64,000 nt of DNA from Epithemia pelagica (lineage: Eukaryota > Protista > Bacillariophyta): assembly GCA_946965045.2 (NCBI GenBank), contig OX337238.1:1364001-1428000 (forward strand). The letters run 5' to 3'. Below, piece after piece: positions 22,264 through 32,568 of the stretch. The translations under genes and the position numbers were made by a program. The notes under the pieces are model-generated. The model did no database searches. It saw only the letters and a program-made list of their open reading frames with translations, and was not told the DNA's origin. How positions within the stretch are numbered: the stretch's first letter is position 1; every line of letters begins with the position of its first letter.

Positions 22264-24711
22264 TTGGCTGTGATGGATGTGTATCTTTTCGTACCATCAA
22301 CCTTCCAACTAGGTACATGCATCAGAATAACAGGTCCAAACAGACAACCCATCAGAATGTCGTTTGCGTGTGACCACCGGAGCTCCAGGAAGAATGGAAT
22401 CGGCACCAGGCAATCGGTTCTTGATGGTGGTGCACCATCAAGTATCGTTTGGACGTGTCACGTTCGCACCGTATTGTGTCTGTTACTGCTGCTGCTCCTG
22501 GATGGACCGGTGGTTGAGGGACGAATCGGCAATGACTATTCTTCTTCTTCTTCTGCGAGAATGACGAGGTTGCATCCTTTGCAACAACAGCAAACACAAC
22601 AGGATACATGGTCTCACCTCAAGACAAATCAACGGCCCACAAACAAGGAGCCAGGGTCGTTCCTGTCCCATGGTTCACCACCTGTAGCTTTTTGTGGTTC
22701 GTTGCCACGGTCTTGTCGTCGAAACGTTGCATCTACTCCTTGTACAGTTGGATTGTCCAACACGGCACTACTACCACGCTGTTCTTGTTCCAAGCCAAAA
22801 CACATTCACCCTGCCATGGATCCTTTTTCCCAGATTCCAAACCGCAAACCGTCATCCATGGCCTTGTACTCGGGGATTGGGTCTTTGTGGCCAGGCAGTG
22901 CTCGGACCAGTAGTTTCTTGGTTCGCATTGTCTTTGTCCCAGCCATGGCCTTTGTCCATCTCGTGGCCTTTACCATTGCCTATCGACAAAACAAGGCCTT
23001 GATTGGCGATACTGGCATTACACCTGCTCGACATGTATTGAAGCAAGCCATGGAGCGAGGACAGGCCAAACGTGATCGTCGATTGCAATGGAGACACGAG
23101 CAAGCCACCACATGGAAGAACAAACCTCTCCAGTATGGGCGACAACGGTTCATGGCGTGGTTGGATACCTTTTCTTGGTTTGTCCGTTTTCGAGAGGTTT
23201 GGTGGGACCGTTGTGATGCCCGCGATCGACCCTTGCCCACCGTCGTGTGGTTGGCCCGCAATCCGTGTGACAAACAAGGGATGAATCAGTGGTTGGATGG
23301 GATTGCTCTGACAGGTATGGGCTTGTCATTGACCGTGTTGGCCTTGGGTGCGGCCAATGTGCCATTGGTCTTGGGCTTGTGGATGTGTCAACGATCTCTC
23401 ATGTCCATGGGTGGACTTTGGTATGGCTATGGCTGGGAACCCCAATTGGCGGAATTGAGTTTTCATGCCCTCTTTTTGGTTCCTCTGATTTCTCTACAAG
23501 CCGTACCGTCCGTTCCCATGTCTCCCTGGGTCCAATGGACCCTGCAATGGTATTTGTTTCGCATCATGATGGGTGCCGGTCTCATCAAGTTACGATCGGG
23601 CGATGTCAAATGGAAGAATTTGACGACCATGCAATACTTTTATGAAACCCAACCCATTCCCAATCCCTTGACCAAATATTTCCATCAAATGCCCAAGGTT
23701 TGGCATAAATGCGAAACCGTCATGAATCATTTCATTGAATTGGTCGCACCTTGGCTGTTGCTGTTGCCTCCCTCGGGTGTCTTGCAGTCTCTTGGCATGG
23801 TCGGTGGTGGACCTTTACTCCTCCAAACTTTGCGACGCATTGGTGGACTCATTCAATTGACCTTTCAATGTATTTTGATCACTTCGGGGAATTTGAGCTT
23901 TTTGAATTGGTTAACCATGGTTCCAGCAATCTTGTGTTTGGACGATGCCGTGGTAGCACCCCTTTTTGGAGGACTGGACCATGCTCGGGGAGCCCTGGCG
24001 GCGGCAGCCGCAGCCGCTGCCAGGACACACGCCCCAGTCACTCCCGTCGTACGACGACTGGTCAGTGCTGCCTTTGTGACCCTCATTCTTCAATTGACTA
24101 TTCCCGTCGTTCGAAATTTGTGTTCCCAACACCAAATCATGAATGGATCCTTTGATAAATTGCGCCTCGTCAATACCTACGGTGCCTTTGGTGTCGTGGA
24201 AGAAGAACGGACCGAACTGGTCATTTCGGCCTGCAATGGTGTGGATTTGAACGATTGGCGAGAATATCAGCTTCCGGCCAAACCCGGAAATCCCTACCAG
24301 ACACCCAAATTTATTTCGCCCTTTCATTATCGGTTGGATTGGCAACTGTGGATTGCGGCCTGTATGCGCCGTGTCGAATCGAGTCCCTGGATTCACGTCT
24401 TGTTGCTCAAATTATTGCAACAAGATCCACAAGTCCTCAAACTCTTTGACCATGATCCCTTTGCGAATGAACCAATACCACCCAAATACATTCGTATTGA
24501 AAAGTACAAGTACCAATTCCACAAAACGGGAGTGCATCCAGAGGATTCCACGACTCGCAATGCCGACGACGACGACAGCAACGACAACCAAATAGGTCGT
24601 CCGCCGTATTGGGACCGTCACGTCATTGGTCGATTCTATCCACGACAAGGAATTGCGACAGTCGATAGTTTAAAGGAGGAGATTGCCAAGGCTGGTCTAC
24701 CACTAGATTAG
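22264..24711 (+). CDS. Lipase maturation factor-like protein, copy B (intact)
   Basis: 815-aa ORF nearly identical to 3344-5854, with a shorter poly-Ser tract. Confidence 0.88.
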   Translation: MAVMDVYLFVPSTFQLGTCIRITGPNRQPIRMSFACDHRSSRKNGIGTRQSVLDGGAPSSIVWTCHVRTVLCLLLLLLLDGPVVEGRIGNDYSSSSSARMTRLHPLQQQQTQQDTWSHLKTNQRPTNKEPGSFLSHGSPPVAFCGSLPRSCRRNVASTPCTVGLSNTALLPRCSCSKPKHIHPAMDPFSQIPNRKPSSMALYSGIGSLWPGSARTSSFLVRIVFVPAMAFVHLVAFTIAYRQNKALIGDTGITPARHVLKQAMERGQAKRDRRLQWRHEQATTWKNKPLQYGRQRFMAWLDTFSWFVRFREVWWDRCDARDRPLPTVVWLARNPCDKQGMNQWLDGIALTGMGLSLTVLALGAANVPLVLGLWMCQRSLMSMGGLWYGYGWEPQLAELSFHALFLVPLISLQAVPSVPMSPWVQWTLQWYLFRIMMGAGLIKLRSGDVKWKNLTTMQYFYETQPIPNPLTKYFHQMPKVWHKCETVMNHFIELVAPWLLLLPPSGVLQSLGMVGGGPLLLQTLRRIGGLIQLTFQCILITSGNLSFLNWLTMVPAILCLDDAVVAPLFGGLDHARGALAAAAAAAARTHAPVTPVVRRLVSAAFVTLILQLTIPVVRNLCSQHQIMNGSFDKLRLVNTYGAFGVVEEERTELVISACNGVDLNDWREYQLPAKPGNPYQTPKFISPFHYRLDWQLWIAACMRRVESSPWIHVLLLKLLQQDPQVLKLFDHDPFANEPIPPKYIRIEKYKYQFHKTGVHPEDSTTRNADDDDSNDNQIGRPPYWDRHVIGRFYPRQGIATVDSLKEEIAKAGLPLD

Positions 24712-26284
24712 AGGCATCCTCGTCGATCAAGACACTGTGGTGAGACACGCTTCAGCACAACACCGTTCGAAACGACATGGACTCTTGCATGGACAACGAG
24801 GCTGTATATTGCACCAGAAACAAAATTGTTTCCGGCAAGTTTCAAATTCACAATGTGTCAATGGAAAAGAGAAAAGTGTGACAAACTCAGTCAGATGTGT
24901 CACAAAATCTTTTGGTCCCAGGCTGCGGCATGTTTCTGCTCTTCACTGATGGTTGCCATGATGTTGCAGTCATCCCCAATCAGTCGAGGAACACAACAGT
25001 TCTTTTTCTTTATCATATGCATCACATGACTTATACTGCAAAAACAGCATGTCAGATTGTGAGATACAGTGATGAGATGAGTAATCATCTGGATTGTGGT
25101 GTTCCGTTGCTTGAACACTTCTTGTTTGTACCCAAGATTTTCATTGCTTCTGAGATTCCTGGACCTCTAAGCAGGGAAGAAACCTCTTGCTCCCATCGTC
25201 CGAGCTTTCACAGGTCCAACAGAGGACTTTTTTCATCATATCTCTGGGCACAATTTCCTTCATTGGGAGAGTAGTTCAATGTTCTTCAACATTCATGGCG
25301 AGGACGAGCAAAGACTTCAAAAGTTGCTGCCACCTCGAAACGACACATCCTAAAGTAGTAGTTAATCGACGATGTATAACAAGAGAAGTGACTGCATTGG
25401 ACGTGTCGTAACCCAGACACTGCTTTTTAGTTCTACCAAGTACATCATATCACCCGAGAGAGCAGAAAATTGACTGACACACTTTGGTAGAATCACAGTT
25501 CGACGTGCTTCCTGCAGAAAGTATAAATTATTCCAGTTCATCGACTGTTCTGATCACCCTTTGCGATGTACAAGTAGCTCGAGAGGCCTTCCTAATTCTA
25601 AGGTAGTTCTTCTACTCCCTCGCCCTCTAAAACGAAGTCCACTAAACCGACGGACACAACGTTTTCGAAAGTGCTACCCAAAAAATCGCGAAAGTCAATC
25701 GTTGTGGGATTTCTTCCTGGTTCTACCACGGTTGCAAAATATGGCTAGCCTATTGAGCGAATTTAGCGATAGTAAGGCCTCTAAGCTAGAGGCATGAGAT
25801 AGTCACAATTTTATATTTTTGAGTCACACCCCTACGCGTATTTTGGTTTATCAGACCCAGAGGAACTCTGCGTTTATGGTAAAAGCTATGGCACAATGGC
25901 CTGGGAAGGTCGAGAAATATCTGGATCGATGAAATAGATCAGCCCAAAGGTCGACTAATGAAGTCGTACAGCTAGTCTCGTTGAATATCCGGCCTGCAAC
26001 GGGGTTTGGACCGGACTAGCTAACAGATGTGGTCTGCGAGTGCGCACATCTGGGGCAATGGCGGACGCGCCGGTCTTGGCCGTTGACAAGACAAAGCCTG
26101 CTATGCGGTCATGATTATTTCATAAATGAAACATGAGCCGACGATGCAGCTGTGCACGCTTTCTACCTTTTGAATCGCCCGAAATGAGTGAAGAACCGGA
26201 CCGTGTGACTGAAAGAGAATGCTCACTTCCGAATACAAGAAAGTCCCAATTGATCCGTCTACACGTAGATAAAAGAAGTAAACA

Positions 26285-27778
26285 ATGGCCGAACCCGTCG
26301 CTCCCGCTCCTCCAACCGCTCAAGAACTGCTCACTCAGCTTAATGGCTACCTTGAGAATACCCTCCTCATTGGTCAACAAGAAGTTCGTAACGCTCTCAA
26401 TGCACAAGGCCTTGTTTCGATTGGCGATTTTAATGGTCTAAAGGAAGACGATATCGCTGAAATTTGCGCTAATGCCAGGAAACCCGGTGGAACTGTCCCT
26501 AATCCGGACTACGACGCTGCTAATCCAGTTCCTGGAGTCCCAATTACCATTACGAACCCTGGAGTATTGGTCGGGCATGTTTTGGAAAAGCGCTTGAAGA
26601 TGCTTGGGTACTACGTCCAGTATCTCATTAAGGTCGATCGCGAGTTTAGTGCGGCAACGGCAACATTGGCTCAAATCCAAGGACTCTACCGTCTTAAAGA
26701 AGCGGATGAAGAGTATGATAATGAGATTGAGCTTCCCGAGAAACTCACAAATGTTGATAACATACGAGTCGTTCTCGAAGATTTAGACGACTACCTTGAG
26801 AGGAAAAGAGGAGTTACTATGATCCCTTTGGCAGCGTATACTCGCTCGATGCCAACTCCTCCTCCGGTTAACTTGGACCCAGGAATCGGAGCACCAACGT
26901 ACTTGAGAGAACTTATCAGGCGTGCGCCACTAACTGGAGCAACCGCGGTGGCTGACAAAGAGGCAGTTTGGGATGTCATACGCCACATAACCCATGATGG
27001 CCCTGGATGGGGCTGGGTTCAAGCCTTTAGCCGCAGTCGGGACGGAAGAGGTGCTTATATTGCTTTAAAGAGTCACTACTTTGGTGACGCCTTTCAATCA
27101 AGATTGAGGGCAAAAGCAGACCAAGTGTTAGAATCGGCCTATTATGACGGGTCAAAACGAAACTACACATATGAGAGGTACATTGAATCGCTCCAGAGGG
27201 CCTTTACAGATCTCGAATCAACTGGCGAGATGGTCAGTAATGAAAGGAAGGTTAGAGTTTTATTGTTGGGTGTATCTGATCCAAGGCTTGAAAGCGCGAA
27301 GAACACCATACTCGCTACACCTTCACTCAGGGCAAACTTTGAAGTCGCTTCCAATTATTTGGCAGAGATTCTTGACAGCAAGGTCTCGTACAGTGCTTCA
27401 ACAAGGAAGGCCCGAATCTCATCTATCCAGCATAACAAGAATGGAAAAGTTGGAAACAAGAAGAATGGGAGTAACCAATCAAACGGTTTGGACCCCAACA
27501 AATATTATCCCTTTAGAAAGTGGATAAAACTCACAAAGGAACAACAGCAAATGGTCCGAGAAGCAAGGGACGCTGTTAACAGCAGTACAAAGAAAAGGTC
27601 TGCTGCTGCTGTTCATTTTAAGAACGGTAAGAACAAGAGAAAAGGTGTTGATGGAAGCACGACGACGACTACCGATGAGAGTTCAGAGACAACTGGCGAT
27701 TCCAGTGAGAACGACAAGGAACTCGGTATTGGCGCCATAATGAGCCAGAGAAAGAAAGGCAGGAGAGAAACCGTGTGA
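26285..27778 (+). CDS. gag: copia-2 Gag
   Basis: 497-aa ORF with the copia capsid-like motif GWGWVQ..DGRGAYIALKSHYFG. Ends in TGA in frame with pol. Confidence 0.85.
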   Translation: MAEPVAPAPPTAQELLTQLNGYLENTLLIGQQEVRNALNAQGLVSIGDFNGLKEDDIAEICANARKPGGTVPNPDYDAANPVPGVPITITNPGVLVGHVLEKRLKMLGYYVQYLIKVDREFSAATATLAQIQGLYRLKEADEEYDNEIELPEKLTNVDNIRVVLEDLDDYLERKRGVTMIPLAAYTRSMPTPPPVNLDPGIGAPTYLRELIRRAPLTGATAVADKEAVWDVIRHITHDGPGWGWVQAFSRSRDGRGAYIALKSHYFGDAFQSRLRAKADQVLESAYYDGSKRNYTYERYIESLQRAFTDLESTGEMVSNERKVRVLLLGVSDPRLESAKNTILATPSLRANFEVASNYLAEILDSKVSYSASTRKARISSIQHNKNGKVGNKKNGSNQSNGLDPNKYYPFRKWIKLTKEQQQMVREARDAVNSSTKKRSAAAVHFKNGKNKRKGVDGSTTTTTDESSETTGDSSENDKELGIGAIMSQRKKGRRETV

Positions 27779-30700
27779 CGAGATGTCCGCGAGATAGATG
27801 TACTCTCCAGAGACATTAGCGTTAAGACGTCTATGTGCGAATTAGACAGTCACGCTGACACTTGTTGTCTCGGTAAGGATTGCCTCGTTTTATATGAGAC
27901 AGACAAGGCAGAAGTGAGTGGGTTTTCAACACAGCTCGGGAAATTAAAGGAAACTCCCGTGATCACAGGCGTGTTGGCATATGATGAACCCGAGACAGGA
28001 GAGACTTACCTGTTGTACTTTCACCAAGCGCTCCATCTTCCGATGATGGAGAAGAGTCTATTGAATCCGAATCAGATGAGAGAGGCAGGTATCATCGTCA
28101 ATGATGTGCCCCTCAAGTTTATCAAGCAAGAGCAAAGGACAAGTGAATCACATTCATTGGTTGTTCCCATTAACGACGACAATGGAAATACACTGACAAT
28201 TCCTCTGGAGTTGAAAGGAGTAATCAGTGGCTTCACTGTAAGGAAACCGTCGTGGGAGGAGATAGCGAATGTTGACCCTGCGAACAGGATTGAGATGACC
28301 AACGACAATCCGGAATGGGCCCCGAATGACTCGACTGAAGAAGATGTCGATGAGAGAAGGCTCAGACAGGACGTTTGTCAAGACATGGTCAGGACGAAAG
28401 GTTCAAGGTCGTTGAGCAACAGAATGACCAAGATGGTGAGAGTAAACTCAAGAACCGTAGCCGAAACGAGCCATAAGAGAAAGGGGACAATAGATCCCAT
28501 TGGGTTGGCTTCGAGATGGGGAATCGGTTTGTCAATTGCAGAAAGGACTTTCAAAGCAACAACGCAACTTGGAGTAAGAGATTTTTCCCAAGGCGTCGGA
28601 AGTAAAAGGCTCAAGCATACGGCTTACCAGTTTAAGCATAGAAGGCTTCGGGCAGATGTATACACAGATACTCTGTTTTCGGATACAAAATCTTTGAGCC
28701 AAAATACTTGTGGTCAAATTTTTGCGACCGAGTTTGGCTGGGTTCAATTTTATCCGTTGGAACGCAAGAAGGATGCTCACACGGCTCTAGAGAAGGTCTT
28801 TAACGACTACGGGATCTTCAATAGCGTCGTCCCAGATAATGCTCCAGAATTGACGAGTGGGAAATTCAAGAAGACTGCCCAAAAGTTTGGTTGTCGTATT
28901 AAGCCCATAGAGGCTTGGACACCAAACCAAAATCTAGCCGAAGCGAACATCCGCGAACTGAAGAGGGCTTATAGAAGGGAAATGAGAAGGACAAACGCCC
29001 CTGCTGTATTATGGGATCATTGTTTGCAACTGGTAGCTGAGAGACGATCCCATACAGCTTCTGCGACTGAACCGTTTGATGAAGGTCCACCTATAAAGAT
29101 GTTGACCGGTGATACACCAGACATATCCCATCTAGTTGAACACAGATGGTATGACCCGGTCTGGTATTCCAATCCCGGGTTTGAGAACAGGGAACTCGGA
29201 AGGTGGCTAGGACCAAGTAAATCGGTTGGTCAAGCAATGAGTTCGAAAATACTGACACGAAAAGGGAAGATTGTCCATCGCACTTCCGTGTGGCCCCTGT
29301 CAGTTGAAAAGTCCCATGATCCGTTGTTTACTGCACAACGCGAACAGTTTGATACCGACCTAAAGGAAGCTCTGGGGAACCGATTCGAAGGTCTTGACCC
29401 AGAGGAAGGAGATGATCCCGCAGAAGAAGGAAATGATACTCCTTTCTTTGAGGCATATGAAGACGATGAGCAAAAAGACACGAGAGTTCCAGAGGCCGAC
29501 GATTACAAGGTGGATGCATACGACAAATTAATCTCGGCCAAGGTGATGCTCCCTTTAGGGGACTCAAAGAGACCAGGTCAAGTTATACGTCGGAAAAGAG
29601 ATGCAGACGGTAATCCAATTGGTCGGTCATCTTCAAATCCGTATCTGGATACGTCGTTGTACGAAGTAGAGTTCCATGATGGCCACGTCGAGTCTTATGC
29701 GGCAAACCTGATTGCCGAGAACATTTACGAGCAGTTAGACGATGAGGGAAACAAATACAAACTCATCGATCAGATCATGGATCACCGAAAAGATGCAACT
29801 GCCATACCAATCTCAGAGGGTACGTTCTTTCATAATGGGAGAGAACATAAGAAAAAGACGACGAGAGGTTGGCAGCTTTGTATATTGTGGAAAGATGGTT
29901 CCACGTCGTGGGAAATGCTCAAGGACTTGAAGGAATCGTATCCTTTAGAAGTAGCCAAATATGCAGTGGCTAATCTGCTTGACAAAGAACCAGCTTTCAA
30001 TTGGTGGGTCGATTTCACTCTCAAGAGGCGTGCAAGACTAATCAAGGCCGTCTCAAGCACAAGATACATGCGAAAATGGCAGAAGTACAGTATTGAGCTT
30101 CCTAAGACCGTAGAACGGGCGTTGCAAATCGATAAAGAAACAGGAACAGACTTCTGGGCTAAAGCCCTTCAACTCGAAATGTCTAAGATCTTTCCTGCAG
30201 TCAAGATTTTGGAAGAAGGTGCGCCGCATCCACCTGGCCATCAAGTCATCCCATGTCATATTGTGTTTGACATAAAGATGGATTTTACCAGGAAGGCGAG
30301 GTATGTAGCAGGGGGACACCGTACCCAAGAGCCAGAAATGCCTACCTATGCCAGTGTAGTCAGCAGGGAGAGCGTGAGAATCGGATTCTTACTTGCAGCA
30401 CTGAATGGAATCGATATCCTTGCGGCTGATATCGCTGGAGCATATTTGGACGCTCCTTGCCACGAAAGAGTGTGCACCAAATGTGGCTTGGAAATTTGGA
30501 AAAGAAAATGAAGGGAGGTACGCGATAATCACTAAGGCACTATATGGCCTTAAAACGAGTGCCTTTGCATGGAGAGAACACCTTTCCACGACTTTGCAAG
30601 AGTCGTTAGGGTTTCGACCGTGCCGAGCAGATCCCGATGTATATCTTCGGGCCTCTACAAAGGACGATGGATCGAAGTACTATGAACTTGTGTTCATCTA

Positions 30701-31778
30701 TATAGATGACGTTCTAGTCATCTCTCAGAAGGCACAAGAGATCTTGAATATGATTGACCAGCATTATTTATTGAAACCGGATTCGATCGGAATACCCAAG
30801 ATCTATCTGGGGAACCAAGTAGAAACTTTCGACATTGACAATGACGTGTCTAAAAGATGTTGGGCGCTAAGTTCAAAGCGATACGCAACAGAAGCCATAC
30901 GGAATGTCAAGGTTTGGATGGATGAAAGAAACTTGAGTCTTAAGACTCGAGCCCCAAGCGTGCTACCAACAGGATACCGTCCAGAATTGGATACGAGCCC
31001 ATATTGCAATGCTGATTGGCAATCGTTTTTCCAACAGCAGATTGGTGTTCTCAGATGGTTGGTCGAGCTGGGAAGGATCGACATTACTGCGGAGGTTTCA
31101 ATGTTGGCGGCTTTCTTAGCAGGAGCAAGAGAAGGTCATGTTCATGCGATGCTTCATGTCTTCGCTTATCTGAACTTGCATGACCGTTCGAGACTGGTAT
31201 TAGACCCTTCATATATTCAGCACGGAGAAGAATTGACAGCTGATTGGGCAGGTTTTTATCCAGACGCCAAAGAGGACATTCCAGCAGACGCTCCAGAACC
31301 ATTGGGTAATCCAGTCCAGATGACGGTCTTCGTCGATTCTGACCATGCTGGGGATTTGATCACCAGACGATCAAGAACTGGAGTCTTAATCTATCTGAAT
31401 CGTGCTCCTGTAACTTGGTACAGTAAGAAACAGACCAGCGTCGAAACATCGACATTTGGGTCAGAGTTCATGGCTCTCAAAGTGGGCATTGAAATGGTAA
31501 AAGGACTTCGATACAAGTTAAGGATGATGGGCGTACCTCTGGATGGTCATGCGCATATACGGGTTGATAACATGTCTGTGGTACTGAATACTTCGGTCCC
31601 TGAATCAACACTGAAAAAGAAGTCAAATTCAATCGCATATCATTTTGTTTGTGAGAATGTTGCATCGGGCATGTGTCGTGTTGCTTTTGAACCGTCGAAG
31701 ACTAACCTTGCTGACATTCTTACTAAGATTCAAACAGGTACAGAGAGAACACGGTTAGCATCAATGATCCTATATTAG
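27779..31778 (+). CDS. pol: copia-2 Pol (PR-IN-chromo-like-RT-RNase H) with one +1 frameshift near 30493
   Basis: ELDSHADTC (protease), YTDTLFS/VPDNAPE (integrase), KARYVAGGH, ALYGLKTS, YIDDVL (RT), FVDSDHAGD..RVDNMS..NLADILTK (RNase H). Confidence 0.88.
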
Positions 31779-32187
31779 TGCGTTTCCCGCCAACCTCTGT
31801 TGGGTCTGGGTACGTCCTGCACCTAAAAGATGAAAGGGCTTTAAGCAGGTCTAGATGGAACGAGAGAAGATTGGCACAGTTACTTCATTACGAGACGAAG
31901 AACTGTGAGGGGACCAAAATATGGCTAGCCTATTGAGCGAATTTAGCGATAGTAAGGCCTCTAAGCTAGAGGCATGAGATAGTCACAATTTTATATTTTT
32001 GAGTCACACCCCTACGCGTATTTTGGTTGCGTCACAGAAACACTGGTCTTCAGCGGCTAAGTTACGTTTCCGACGGTCCGGCACGTGCTTCAACCCTTGT
32101 TTCGCAATTCTTTTCTTGGCAGCAGTGTAGGAACGCAGGGCTCGTGCGCCTTCCGAGTCACGAAGGAGCGACTCTGTTTCATCACTA

Positions 32188-32568
32188 ACTCCATACCAGA
32201 CTGTGTAGGTAGTTCGTCTCACATTTTTTACTACAGCAGGAATTTTTTGTACGACCGGGAAGTAGTTTCGTGCGAGTCGCGCGGTTTCCCTCTCGTGTGT
32301 GACACTTGTGTGACACTTGTGTGACACTTTGTGACATGGCTTCCAGGAATTTCTCACTACCTACACAGCTTGATAGGGAGTAAGTTTACTACTTCCCTGT
32401 GTGTGGCCGTCCTCTCGCGTCGGGCGCGCCCGGCTTGTCGGGAAAATGACTCGACGGGCAATTGTCTTGTCGGGCGTGCGCCCTCCTCGACCATTGCCCT
32501 CCTCGTCATTATTCCCTCCGCGCCGGGCGGTCCCTCCTTGAAAGGACTCGACACCGGGAAGTATTAAT
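32188..32568. mobile_element. 381-bp unclassified insertion flanked by ACTA repeats
   Basis: Empty site ATCACTACTTAC at 7028-7039 in copy A. ACTA at 32184-32187 and 32569-32572. GC-rich core and three TGTGACACT repeats; no clear TIR. Confidence 0.65.

Larger units (their letters stand above)
25735..32024 (+). mobile_element. Ty1/copia LTR retrotransposon (copia-2) with ~110-bp LTRs and non-canonical termini
   Basis: Direct repeats 25735-25844 and 31915-32024 appear identical. GGTTG flanks both sides; the empty site is at 6872-6876. PPT-like GTGAGGGGA precedes the 3' LTR. Full gag-PR-IN-RT-RH. Confidence 0.93.

Noticed and set aside
32188-32568. Introner-type insertion that is spliced out cleanly
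   Set aside because: The GT/AG pairs I tried at the edges give a stop or a frameshift, so the gene frame is not restored.
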